From Cirrosporium novae-zelandiae (Eukaryota), in contig JAPETS010000008.1 of NCBI GenBank assembly GCA_026023565.1, forward strand, positions 1-64,000: a stretch of 64,000 nt of DNA, read 5' to 3'. The notes below the pieces were generated by a model. It was not told the origin of the DNA. It ran no database searches and saw only the letters and a program-made list of their open reading frames with translations. The position numbers were made by a program, and so were the translations under genes. Within the stretch, counting starts at the first letter, position 1, and each line of letters begins with the position of its first letter. Of this stretch, positions 34,062 through 46,631 are shown piece by piece.

Positions 34062-36969
34062 ATGGCCTCCAGGTTCTTAAGCCTCCGTGGTGTCGACAAT
34101 GCCGATGTTACGGTTCAACCACCGCTCTCTCAAGCTGTTGGCTATGTTATTGTCGTCGTGTTGGGGCTGGTTATCGCCTTCGGTACGTTTAGACGTGAAA
34201 CACACCGTATCAATGGTGGTTGACTGATGAAATCTAGGAATGGTCTTCATTACGGAGATTCTGAAGAAGACAATCGGCGAAGACAACACAAAAACGGAAA
34301 TGTATGTGTCCAGTGTTTGTAAGAATATAGGGCTAATCAACATTTTCCAGGTTTATGACAGCCAATAGAACCGTTCGAACAGGACTGACGGCCTCTGCTG
34401 TCATTTCGGTATGTTTAAACCCTTGTCTACGTTATATCCTGCTGCTAATGTAAAGCCGAAGTCGTGGCTATGGAGCACGGCTATGCTCGGCTCCTCTTTG
34501 GTTGGTTATAACTATGGAGTGTCTGGTCCATTCTGGTTTGCAGCTGGATGTAGCCCCATGATTGTCTTTTTTGCTCTGCTTGGTATATCATGCAAGAGGA
34601 AGATACCAGAGGCACATACATTACTAGAGATAGTCAGAATACGTTATGGTAAGATCAGTGCTGTTTTCGCTAATGCTATCTTGATTCATAATTGACTATT
34701 GCCTATAGGTACTACTGCCCATTTTGTATGGATGTTTCTATGTCTTCTCAACAACTTGTTTGCCTGTGCGAATATGATATTAGGTGCTTCTGCAGTTATA
34801 ACTTCTATGTAAGGGTTATCCGACTGCTTGTTAATGAAACTGAAAAGCCCCTTTCCAGCGGTGAATCTCTGATTATATTTTAATATAGGACCGGCATGCA
34901 TATTGTTGCTAGCACGTAAGCTTCTTCCTTGGAGTGGTGTGGGGCATCAATCTAACATACCCAGATTCCTTCTCCCGCTAGGAGTGGGGTTGTATACCTT
35001 TGTCGGAGGTATAAAGGCAACGTAAGAATTACTATTCTCACTTTATTGTTTAGAAACTAATCATTATACTAGATTTCTTACAGACTACTTCCACACCTGC
35101 GTCATCCTTATCATCTGTTGCTACTTTACCATCAAAGCCTTTACATTTAGTGAGATTGAGTCGGTCGGCCACCTTTTTGAGCTTCTCCAGGCGGCTTCCA
35201 TTCGACATCCTATAAGTGGAAATGAAAATGGATCCTATCTCACTATGACATCCAAAGGGGTAAATAAACTTAGATTGAAACTTCATTTAGCTATGTAGCT
35301 AATAAAAGTAGGGAATACTCTTTGGTATCCTTCATATTTGTGCAAACTTTGGTCTTGTGATTGTGAGTATTTGGAGTTGAGGTCTAGTAATAGCAATTAT
35401 TCGCTGACACGGATTCTAGATGGATACAAGTTTCTTCATCAAGGCCTTTGCAGCTTCTCCCGCTGCTGTTGTCCCTGGATACGTCATTGGAGGGGTTGCA
35501 TACTTTGCGATTCCGTGGGGCCTAGGAACATTGATGAGCTCCGTAGCTTTGGGGCTTGAAAATAATCCAGTTTTCCCGACATATCCTAGGGTAAGATTAT
35601 TAGCACCTGTTTTGTTGTTGAATGAAATTAAAGCTTAAACCGTTACAGCGTATGACTACTACCGAGGTGGGCAACGGATTAGTTCTTCCTTATGCAGCAA
35701 TGACAGTTTCGGGGAAAGGAGGTGCAGTTGCAGTCTTGCTAATTACATTTATGGCCGTGACATCGACGTTATCAGCCCAGGTAATAGCAGTAAGCTCGAT
35801 CATCAGCTTCGATATGTATAGGACCTATTGGAATAAGCACGCTTCAGATGCGGACGTTATCCGCTGGAGCCACTTTGGAGTTGTCTTCTTTGGGATCTTT
35901 GCTGCCGCATTCTCAACCATGTTGCATTATGTTGGGGTCGATCTAAGTTGGACATTGTATATGCTTGGTTAGCAACCCCCCCCTAACTTCATACTCGACT
36001 CTTTAAGCCAACAATCTAGGTGTCATTACATGTCCCGGTATCTTCCCCACCGCACTAACAATCCTATGGAGACGTCAAAGTAAAGCAGCCGCCATAATAT
36101 CCCCTCTTCTTGGAATGGCAACCGGTCTTGCCGTCTGGCTAGGCTCAGCATACGCCCTCGAAGGAACCATCTCGATTTCCACCACCGGAGCTGTTATCCC
36201 TTGTGTATATGGGACCGTCGCTTCCGCACTCTCCCCCATCCCCTATTCTATCATCATCACCTTGATCAAGCCCCAAAATTACGATTGGGCAGACTTTGCA
36301 AAACATCGATTAGCTTTTGACGTGGACGATCAGAAATCCATTCGCGTTGGCGAGGACGATGCGGTGGTTAATCATGGCAAAAAGGAAGATGCTTCTGAAG
36401 GAGACGGAATCGCCACTGAACCCGTTTCGAAATCATATTTGAAACGATGGGGCCGTATCGCGGCATATTGGTCCATAGCAACTTTCCTAGGTAAGCAAGA
36501 GACTCCTAAAAATCCAAAATTCCTATATTCCTCTGAACTCACTCTATAACAAGGCCACTGGGTGCTCTGGCCCCTACCAATGTATGCATCCAAATACATC
36601 TTCAACAAAGCAGTAAGTCATATCTTTCCCTTATCCTATCCTCACCCCTAGAGACTAAAAAAAATAACAAAAAAAATAACAATCTAACATCTCCCACCCC
36701 CACAGTTCTTCTCAGCCTGGCTCATCATCGCCATAATCTGGCTCTGGGGTACCCTCTTAACAGCAATGTTCTATCCGATTCTAGATGGCGGGTGGACACA
36801 AACCAGGGCCATCTTTCTGGCTTTGAAGAAGGGGAGAAAGAATGCGCGGAGAAAGTTGAGCCAGGGGCAGCCGGGAATCATTGAAGGTGATGCTGTTGTG
36901 GGGGTGGAGGTGGTGGCGACTAAAGAGTCTACCGGGAAGGAGAAAGAGAAGGGGTTTGATTCTGCTTAA
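34062..36969 (+). CDS. DUR3: DUR3-like sodium:solute symporter (urea/polyamine transporter), about 13 introns
   Basis: PPLSQAVGY; FMTANRTVRTGLTASAVISSWLW; YGVSGPFWFAAG; EAHTLLEIVRIRYG; GGIKATFLTDYFHT; FMAVTSTLSAQVIAVSSIISFD. Confidence 0.92.
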
Positions 36970-37685
36970 AGGGGGTGGGGGGGAGGTTGCTGTTTAGAGT
37001 ATTGAATGTGGGATGCGAATGTGGATATTGCGGTTTGTTGGACCTGGGGTTACTAACTAGATGACGATGAGGAATTGATTAGAACATAGTCTAATCGAAA
37101 AAAAATATATAGATAGATACATATAGATAGATACATATCAGATTAGGGTTGTTTGCCTTGTTTGTATAATTCACGGACCCTTTGAAAGGTACTTGGGCAG
37201 TTCTACTTTCTTGAAAAATCATCATCCTTTTTACATCTCACAAATAGTCCCTCAACAGAGTAAGCTGTAAGATACAGTGGATAAGAACAGTTTTAAGAGG
37301 ATGCATTTATCAGCAGTGGGACCAGTCCCCATATATCTAATCACATGTTTTTGAGGTAGGGAGTTGACGGATAGCCGCAGTCGTGGCAGTGAGGTGAATA
37401 CTTATAACGAAATCGGAGTTAACGGCACCTATCGGCCCGACACGCACCTCCAAGCTACCGCAGCTTACCAAATGAATGGGATGATGAAATGATGAAACGA
37501 TGAAATGATGAAGACTGCAGTGTAACCAACCAAGGGTTGTCGTCGTCAGTGTGTCTGTGTGTACCCATATATATATTTATATATTGCCAAGGAACCCCCC
37601 CCCCCCCCCCACTAAAAATCCTATAGTACATCCATCCATTGTAATATCTCATCTAAAAAAAAAAAGAAAACAGAAAGAAAGAAAC

Positions 37686-39344
37686 ATGTCCACCTCAGTC
37701 GTGGAGCTCCACAACGGCCTCCAAGTCCAATCCCCCCCACGCGACACCACAACCAACATCCTCTCCTTCAAAGGAATCCCCTATGCCGCCCCACCAGTAG
37801 GAGATTTACGCTGGCGTTCCCCTCGTCCCCCAAATCCCTGGAAAGGAGTCCTACCAGCCACATCCTTCGGACCCTTAGCTCTAGGTTCAGCAAAAGGGTT
37901 CCCGACCAGTGGACATCCGCAGAGCGAGGATTGCTTGAAAGTTAATATCTGGACGGGAGCGCGGAGATCGGATGAGAAACGTCCTGTTATGGTTTGGGTC
38001 CATGGAGGCGGGTTTCAGTTCGATGGTCCGCCGAATCCGTTTTATGATGGGGGGGAGTTGGCGAGGAGGGGTGGGGTTGTGGTGGTGAGCTTTTCGTATC
38101 GAATGGGGGTTATGGGGTTTTTGGCTTTGGAGGGGTTGGATGGGGAGGAGGTGAGGGGGTTTAAATCGAAATCTGGAAATTTCGGGCTTCAGGATCAGCT
38201 GGCGGCGTTGCGCTGGGTGCAGGAGAACATCGTTGCCTTCGGAGGCGATCCGGATAACATCACTGTGTTTGGTGAGTCTGCTGGTGCACATGCCATTGGT
38301 TTGCTGATGGCCTCCCCGCACGCCCACGGCCTCTTCCACAAAGCGATCCTGCAAAGCGGCGCCCTATGGGATAGTGAGCACGGGCCCATCGCCACATACG
38401 ACGAGGCGCGTCAGCGGGGGAAGTCCCTAATGGAAGGGCTCGGGGTGCACTCCATCGCTGAGCTTCGCGAGCTTCCGGCCAAAACGGTCAATGAAGCTGC
38501 GTTATGGGATATGGAGAAAGATCCTGGTACTACGGCCTTCGGCCCATCCGTCGATGAGTATATCCTTCCCATATCCCCTGCAACTGTCTTCGCTCGCGGC
38601 CACCAAATGCGGATTCCAGTCATCGCGGGCTTCAACGCGCAGGAGGCAATTCCCCTATTCATCGCGCGAGCTCTTCCGAACAACTCAGCTGAAGAATTTC
38701 GGTCCGCTGTTTCCAAGCTCTTCTCACCGGACACCACCAGCACCGCCGATTCCGATTCCTTGTTGGCCCTTTACCCAGCAACAACCCCGGAGGAAGCCTC
38801 CGCCTCCGCTATGGCCCTATCCGGTGATCTAATCATAAGCCAGCAGACGTGGGAAGTCGGCGATTTGCAGGCCCAACTCTTCTCCAAGGATGCCACCACC
38901 ACCCTCCGGGAATCCTCACCCCAACCCCCAGTCTACCTCTACCACCTCACCTACACCTCCCCTTACTCCCCCATCGCCCGCCACGGCGCAGACATCCCCT
39001 TCGTACTCGGAACCCTAATTCCATGGCCCTCTTTCCTAAACAACAACGCCGTCTCCACCCCCTCCGGGGATGCCGACCATGAATTTTCCAGCAAGGTAAT
39101 GACGTACTGGACTAATTTCGCCAAGACGGGGAATCCTAACTCCAACTCCAACAACGAAAGTGAAAGTGGCAGTCCGGATTTACCGAATTGGCCATCCTAC
39201 AATACCGATTTGGGACTGTTTCTGCAGTTGGGTGAGCCGGTTGAGCCGGTTAGGCTTCCACGGATACTGGAGAGGTATCGGTTTATTAGGGGGTTGAGAG
39301 ATGGGGAGGGGGTTTTGCCGTTGAGATGGAGGGGTTCGGATTAG
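37686..39344 (+). CDS. Type-B carboxylesterase (pNB-esterase-like), intronless, no signal peptide
   Basis: FKGIPYAAPPVGDLRW, SEDCL, HGGGF, GNFGLQDQ, GESAG (Ser), FNAQE (Glu), RHGADIP (His), YWTNFAKTGNPN. Confidence 0.95.
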   Translation: MSTSVVELHNGLQVQSPPRDTTTNILSFKGIPYAAPPVGDLRWRSPRPPNPWKGVLPATSFGPLALGSAKGFPTSGHPQSEDCLKVNIWTGARRSDEKRPVMVWVHGGGFQFDGPPNPFYDGGELARRGGVVVVSFSYRMGVMGFLALEGLDGEEVRGFKSKSGNFGLQDQLAALRWVQENIVAFGGDPDNITVFGESAGAHAIGLLMASPHAHGLFHKAILQSGALWDSEHGPIATYDEARQRGKSLMEGLGVHSIAELRELPAKTVNEAALWDMEKDPGTTAFGPSVDEYILPISPATVFARGHQMRIPVIAGFNAQEAIPLFIARALPNNSAEEFRSAVSKLFSPDTTSTADSDSLLALYPATTPEEASASAMALSGDLIISQQTWEVGDLQAQLFSKDATTTLRESSPQPPVYLYHLTYTSPYSPIARHGADIPFVLGTLIPWPSFLNNNAVSTPSGDADHEFSSKVMTYWTNFAKTGNPNSNSNNESESGSPDLPNWPSYNTDLGLFLQLGEPVEPVRLPRILERYRFIRGLRDGEGVLPLRWRGSD

Positions 39345-39410
39345 ATGGGATGGAATAGGGGGGGGGGTGAGGGAGTTAATGGTTAGTTAGCTGGATGGCT
39401 GGATGGGTTG

Positions 39411-39725
39411 TGTCACAAAGGAAGAGAAGTAGAATACTAAAAAGGGGTTCTGTCACAAAGGAGGGGAAATGGAGTACTAGAAGGGGTCGCTACGTCTGGG
39501 GACCAAGGGCGGGATGAAAACGGGGAAGTGGCGTTACGTGGCGCCGATAGGTTACCGAGAAGACATCAAATAGAAAAACTTATATAAGAAGATAGAAGGA
39601 AAGCTGGGAAAGGCCAGCTTTCAGTCTTGTATTATATAGGAGTACTATTATTTCAATATTACTACGATATGGACACACTACCTATCCGCATCGCTACCTA
39701 CACTATCAGAGCCCCAACCTTGACA
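39411..39725. mobile_element. Solo LTR (315 bp)
   Basis: Ends TGTCA...TGACA; perfect 5-bp TSD GGTTG at 39406-39410 and 39726-39730; TATATAA at 39581. Confidence 0.8.
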
Positions 39726-41273
39726 GGTTGATGATATCACGGGTGTTAATGAGTTAACCCTTATTTAAAAAAAATTGATGACATGAGATTATTCTAGGAT
39801 CAGGACCAGGATCCCCCTTCGGCGAAGATAGTAGTTGGGTAGTAGAATCCTCCCATTTTCACATTTCACATTTCACATTTCACACCATCCATCCATTCAT
39901 ACTTTTTTCGTTTTTATGAAAAAAAAAAATAGGTATAGAAAAATTGAGAATGAATGATTGACTGAATGACTGACCTTAATGGAAACTAGTGAAAAAAAAA
40001 AAGAATATATAAAAGAAAAGGAAAGAGGAATGAACGAATGAATGAGTGAAATTAAAACTGCGGTTACCTGTACATATACAGAGCTGCTAGCAACCCCTCA
40101 CCCCTCACCCCCTCCATCCTCGGATATGCCTGGTAGTTAAGTAAGTAAGTTATTGAAGAACTATACTGCATTGTATTGTATTATATAACAAGGTCTCCAC
40201 GAACCCTTCAACACCTTCAACACCTTTAATTAATTATTCAATTAATCCCCCCATTTTATTTATTATTTATATACTACTCCTTCTACTTATTCTACTCATT
40301 CTAATCTTAGTAGAAACGATAAAACCATAGAAACTTATGCCTTTGCGGACCTAAGGGGAATCTGGGGGGGGGGTCTAAGGGATTTAGGGGGGAAAGGGGA
40401 AGAAAAGAAAAGGAAATAAATCCAAATCAGAATCTATCCTTAAGACTTTTCGTCTCCACGATTTCCAGCTTAACCCCCCCCTTCATCATCTCACTCATTG
40501 ATATGGATTACTGGTGGAAACTAGTTATCATTATATTTATATAGTTTGTATGTTTGTTTGGTTTGCTGTAACCAGAAGTGATATATTACCTCACATAAGG
40601 TTAAACTTATAACTTTTTGTAAGATACGAAACCAGAGTTTACCACTCACCCACCTAGCCGCCCTGGAAAAGCAAAGAAACTTGAAATCTTTTTTATCATC
40701 TTCCTAGCCCTTATAGTTGATTGATGAATAATGAGATGAACTATTTTGTTATTATCGGTCAAAAGAAACTGTTCCTTGTTTGATTGATATGGTTGAAATA
40801 TAGGAAGACTATGGCTTAATGCAATTGTGCCCCATTTTAGTATCTGTCATATCTCTTTGTGCTGACTCCGTTTTTGTTGATAATGTACCATGAAAAAGAA
40901 AGGAAATGCTAATATGAATGTAAGATTAAAAGTATTGGCTGTGGTGTTATTATTACTAATGGCCCTAGGTATTATTAGTGCTGGCAAGGGAGGTATAGTA
41001 ACTTTATGTCTCATACCAGCGTTAAATCATCCCCAGTCGTTTCCTATTTTGCGTCTATCCCATGTTGTCCGGCTGGCTCGTTAGGGTTGTGGGTAGAATG
41101 TTGGGATTTCCATTGAGTGGTTCCTTCTGCTTCTGTTTCGATTCCCAGTTTGATGAGAAGAACACTGATACCAGTGTGACCAATCACTAGCGCTCTTGGG
41201 AACCCAACCTGGTACCTATGCCATCCGACATGATATAGGTCGATTATCCCCAGGCCTTTGAGTGCGACGAGAA

Positions 41274-41884
41274 TCAGTGAGTTCCTCCTGCTTGGTTACT
41301 AGAACCTTGATGTGACTCCATATGGTGTATTCTTTGCTGTTCGAAACTGTTAGCTACCAAACAACATCTAGCAGTGCAACTATCCCAAAAAGGTGAACGA
41401 ACGTATAACATGCGTGTCTGTCTACTTTTGGCTTTTGTGGTGTAGATTAGTTCTTCAATTTTAGACTGAAGTTCCTTTACATGTTTCTCATGCTCTAGTT
41501 CTTGTGCTTTCATACACTCCTTTTTCACCGTCAGCAAGGGGAGGCGACCCTTCAATGAGATATGAAAAGAACCAACCTTCAGATGGGCAATTTCCTTGTC
41601 TCGACTTTGAAGCAAGGCCTACTCCATTGTCAGCAATGCGTTCAAAAAGCTAACCTATGAAAATAATCAAGTGGATCCCATACATCTTTTTGGGTAAGCA
41701 CATCCAAGGAGTCCTTAATATCTGATTCCATTTTGTCCAGCTCCGAAAGGTTACCTTTGGCCTGTTGGATCTGCCGCAGTATGTTGATCTTGTGTTCACG
41801 TAACTCATTTTCCAAGTTAGTGTTGCGTTCCTGCAACTGGGAGATGATTTGTTGTAGGAAATGGACACTTTTGTCGTTCTCCAT
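41274..41884 (-). CDS. Hypothetical coiled-coil protein (about 4 exons; 3' end uncertain)
   Basis: MENDKSVHFLQQIISQLQERNTNLENEL heptads; GT..CTGAC/CTAAC..AG introns link in-frame segments. Confidence 0.55.
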
Positions 41885-44022
41885 TGTAACCAGACAGATT
41901 GAACAGAAACCAGAAACCTGGATAAGTTGAAATTTCCCCCAAGGCAGTAGATTAAAATAGATTGAAAGTAGTTGAGCAAGTGACTGCTTATAATAGGAAA
42001 CTAACAACAGGCTTTCTGAGACTTGGGTCGTTATATCAATTTGTTTTGGTAAGTTTAGAGGATAATTTCTGCAACGTGGCATTATATACCACTTTTTAGG
42101 CGAGACAGACATCGAATATAAAGGCAGTCATTGTTATGCTTTGCAGATTTCGCGGCGGTTCTACGGTTCCATTCTTTGCACTGTTGGCACAGGCAGTCTC
42201 CTAAGCCTAACCTGAAACCAGGTTCAACCTGGCAGGTTGGGCTTTTAGAAGTTTACTCGTTGAAGAACCAACATTCGATCATCAGAGCGTAATAGCAAGC
42301 ATCAGTGTTGGCAAGAATGAAGCACGCGTTGAGTTTGAGTTTCGGTGCTTTCAAGGCGGATAATCGAGAGATGTAAAGGTTGGTCCTTGATATCCAGAGC
42401 CAAGGCGTGCTAATAATGACCACGGGAGTACCCTTTTGAGATGGTCTGCCGGTAACCAGTAACCGTTTTGACAATTTTACCCGAGTTTACATACAACCAA
42501 GCCTGATTAGGAATAGCATTGTTATTTTGTGGAGTTTTCGTACTCGTAATTAACTTCAGCCTCGAATAATATTACATGCGCAGATCTCTCGGAACATGCT
42601 TATCAAGTTTGACCACTATCCTTCTCGAGAGTCACCTATATCCCTCTTCAAGACAAGCCACGTAGATGTGGGAAAATTACCCCAGAAGATGAAATTAATC
42701 CTACAGTTTTCCATCAACGGCACAGCCCGAAACACTAATACCATAGGCTATCGCGCCTGGGCCATTGTGAAACTGACCCCCTTGGGAAATATAAAGAGCT
42801 CGTCCACTTGCAAAGCCGGTGTCAGTCCAGTACCACCAAAGCTTAGAGCTTATTACTTATAGCCAATTTAAACTACTGTTCCCCAAGCTCAAACACAGCC
42901 CGTGAAGATCACCATGAAAATGAAACCTAGTCGCGCTCACACGTTGAGGCTGAGATATAAAGCTGTAACAAAAGAGGCAAGACTAAGAACAGATACTAAA
43001 ATATAGGACTAGGTACGTTTTAACACCCTTTAGATCTCAAATTGCATATAAAAATTAAACTGACAGTGCTTGCAGAAGCTCTCCTAAGGTAGCAATTTGT
43101 GTTGCGTAGATCAAATGTGACCGTGTGTAGTTAAATGGTAAGTATAATCACCTGCTTAATACGGAGGAGATGAATAATGATGTCACATTGAGGCGATGAG
43201 GGTGTTGCAAAAAATGCGCAACCCATTCCCGACTCGGCAAACAGTCGCCCTTTCACCTGTTTTGTTTTATCCTCCCTACTTTGATCAAGACTATACTATT
43301 CTAACTCTGGAAAATCCCTAGATGTTAGAAGGTTCTATCATTATGTTCACAGTATCATCCATCAGAATTTTACAACCAAAAGAGAAAAAGAAAAGAAACA
43401 ACTAGAAAAAGAGCTAAAGGACGTACTAAGTGAGAGCGATACCACCTGGGGTCAAACCTAGGCCTTGTTTAGCAATAAGCTCGCATAGGTGACAGCATAT
43501 CATTTAACCTTAGATCATTATCGTCGCATCACATATCCCTTTAGAGTCGAGGCTTAGGGGTCATGGATCATCTGTTTATCATCCTTTTCTTTCAAGTAAT
43601 GCTGTGATCTAAGCTTTGACATAATCTTTTGTGCTTCTAAAGAAGTCGGAGCAATGCATTGCAGACTTGGGAGCTGAAAATCCAGACTAATCTTTCTTTC
43701 CAAAACCATCAGGGACAGGGTTGCCACCAATGTACACACATGCTCATCAGCCAAGAAAGACTCAAAGATATAAACCATCTATGAATCCATAGGTAGAGAG
43801 TATGATTCATTTGATTTTATTCGTGGGTGGGAATAAATGATGGACCAAAACCAGAAAACGGATGGATAAGCTTGAGGCTTGGTTGCTCTTTTGAGATATG
43901 ATATATCTTAGAATTTAACCACAGATTGGAAGTTGAATTCCATTAAATACTCAAAATTATACCTAGGTACATACACACCATCCCATCTCAAATACAAACC
44001 CCCCCGCCACTTCCCCAACCCC

Positions 44023-44464
44023 TCAAACACAAACCAACCTAATACTCTGCGGCGTCCCCACCGCCGCCGCACAATCCTGCGGCACCGTCGCCTCCGCAAT
44101 CACAGTCGTACTCTCATCACACCCCGTCCCCTCAAAGATCTCAATCTCCAGCGTCTCCCCACTATCGCACCCCGAAGAGGAGTCCTCCACCGTGGCCGTG
44201 TAGGCCGCCATGGGGAAATTCTCGATGTTGACGCAGTAGCCCAGGACTACGTTCGCGGTTACTATGCCTTGGGTGCAGTCGGTGTCGTAGTAGGTTTCGA
44301 AGGCGACGGTTTCGGCGAGGACGGTAGTAGTTGTGAGGGCGAGGAGGGGGAGGAGGTTTTTGAACTTTATGGGGAAGGGGAGGGGGTTAGTTTGGGAGTG
44401 GTGGTGGAAGGGGGCAGGGGGAGGGGGTTGAGGGGTTTGGTACTGTGGAGAGGATGGGTGCCAT
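44023..44464 (-). CDS. Small secreted acidic 6-Cys protein, 120 aa (exons 44464-44444, 44364-44023)
   Basis: MAPILST|FKNLLPLLALTTTTVLA signal; mature ETVAFETYYDTDCTQG..GYCVN..C..FEGTGC..C..SIRLVCV*; intron GTACCA..CTAAC..AAG. Confidence 0.8.
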
Positions 44465-46631
44465 TGCTCTTGTTCAGTTCAGTTCAGTTCGATTCAGTTT
44501 AGCTATAGTCTAAGCTTTGCCGTCTGAGGTTTTCAGTTGTTAAATAAATAAATAAACAGATAGAATAGATATCTAACCAAGTCTCCAAATTCAACCTTTA
44601 AGTTGTTGCTGAATCGGTTACAAAAAAAAAAGGCCATAACCAACACCTCCCTTATATACATACTACTTATCAACCAAATCCCGCTTCATGCGGCCGCATC
44701 TCCCCCCATTCCCAACCCCATTCCCAACCCCATCAGCACTCACTAAATTATATCCACCTATCCGCCTACTATCCACATTAAATCTAAACTCCGTCAATAT
44801 CTCACCCTAAGAAAAAAAATCATACCCTTGCATATGCAGGTCAGATTCCTTCTAAACCTTGACCTCTAAACTCTCTCTCACGTGGGCGTGGGTGTGAAAT
44901 GTAAATGCAAATGCAAGGGCAATGTATGGATGTAAGTAAGTAAGCAAAGGGAGGTAGTCCTCGGGAATATTTTCCCCACGTGGGAAAATCGGCTCAGGCC
45001 GAGCGGGAAGGTCGGGGATTTAATAGGATAGGTGAATAGTGAAAGTGAAATACTAATCACGATATGTTACGATGTAGACTTACTGTACTATACGAACGAT
45101 GAGGGAATATTCTATGGGGAAGCAATAATATCAATAATCAGATAATCAGTAATCGATAATTACTACCTAGGTATTTTATGTAAGATGAGTGCTTCTTCCG
45201 TGTTTGTGCATGTTGTGTGCGTGTTCGTGGATGTGCCAATCAAAAGAAACAAATGGGGGGGGAACCCGGATTTGTTCGTCGGTTCATTGGGATTGGGAAT
45301 TCAACCTCTTTGCTTTTCCTTCTTTCATCAGAATGTTTTTTTTTTTTTTCAATCCCGATTACGGTATCTAGGTAGCATAATATGCTAGCCATGAATAAAT
45401 ATAAATATAGATATAAATATAAACATAAACCCCACATTTAACCCCCCCCCCCTCCCCCTTCTCACCCCTGTCTTCATTTAATCAATAAGCAAATAAGCAA
45501 TAATGACTGTTGGTAATAGAACAAAAAGAAGAATTAAGAAGAAGGGGAAAAAAAATATTCAGGAACACCTACTCCATCCCCATCAAGTCCATTTCATCCA
45601 TGCTAATTAATTAGCTGACATGACCTAATTACCTGCCCCTCTCGGTGGTACCTAGCCTAGCCCAGTATGTATCCATGCAAAACACAGTAAGCAATTAGTT
45701 AGTCTAGTACAGGTTTAATCAGCGTAATCCTTTTTAGATTTTTTTGAGTTAATTCTTTTCTTTCTACGTTTTGCCCTGCCTTGTGTGTGTCTTTGAGGAG
45801 GAGGAGGAGGATAAAAAAAAACGTTTGGAGAGGACTGTTTTGTTCTATTGGGAGAGTGGAGAGGGGGAGGGGGGGGGTCGAGAGATTAAAGGCAAGACAA
45901 GACAAGCTGATTAGGTAACCAAAAAAAAAAACCCTCTTTTTGACTTTGGTTTTTTGTTAGCACTCTTTCTTATGTCATACTACTACTCTATACATATCTA
46001 CACATGATTAGTTAGGAATATTCAATAGAGTAGTAGTATATCAGCTTTTAGTTCAATTTCCCAATTTTGATTAGATATATTCTAGATATTTATTTTGGAT
46101 ATTTTGGACCTTGTCTAGTCATCAATCAGTCAATCAGCCAGTAGACTAAGTCAGTCAGCAAAATGTTCCCGTCCCGTCCCGTCTCGTCTCGTCTCGTCTT
46201 GAGCTACCTACCGAGATACAGTACCTACCTAGTTGGTTATGGATACCATGTATATGTATAGTATAGTATGTGGACGGAATGGGACGGGACGTGAGAGAGG
46301 ACTTGGAAAAGGAAAGAAATATAAGGGTTATTTTTTGAGGGTCGGGGGGGGGGGGTAAGACTGCTAGACCGTTGAACTGTTGGGTTGGGTGGTTATTATA
46401 TATATCCTTTTTGGTGTTAGCGTTGATGTTTATATGCTTACTCTTGGGGATAGAGATGGTATTGGATATGAAATATTTATGGTATATGTGGAGAGAGAGA
46501 GAGAGGGGGTGATTTAGGGATATATAATCAAAATATCAATTGTGTTCCTCTATCCAAGACGAGTTCCGGTATATAATACATCAAGTGCGAACCAAAGCAA
46601 TTAATCTAACCCAACCTATCCATCCATCCAT

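Noticed and set aside
34062..39344. Transporter plus esterase as a metabolic gene cluster
   Set aside because: No backbone enzyme, regulator or evident pathway link.
42209..42238. Small palindrome AACCTG..CCAGGTTCAACCTGG.CAGGTT
   Set aside because: Isolated and short; no supporting context.
43933..44502. 189-aa + strand ORF, and similar antisense ORFs over PEX19, Mid2-like, DUF3433 and RRN6
   Set aside because: Shadows of real genes on the opposite strand caused by biased codon usage.
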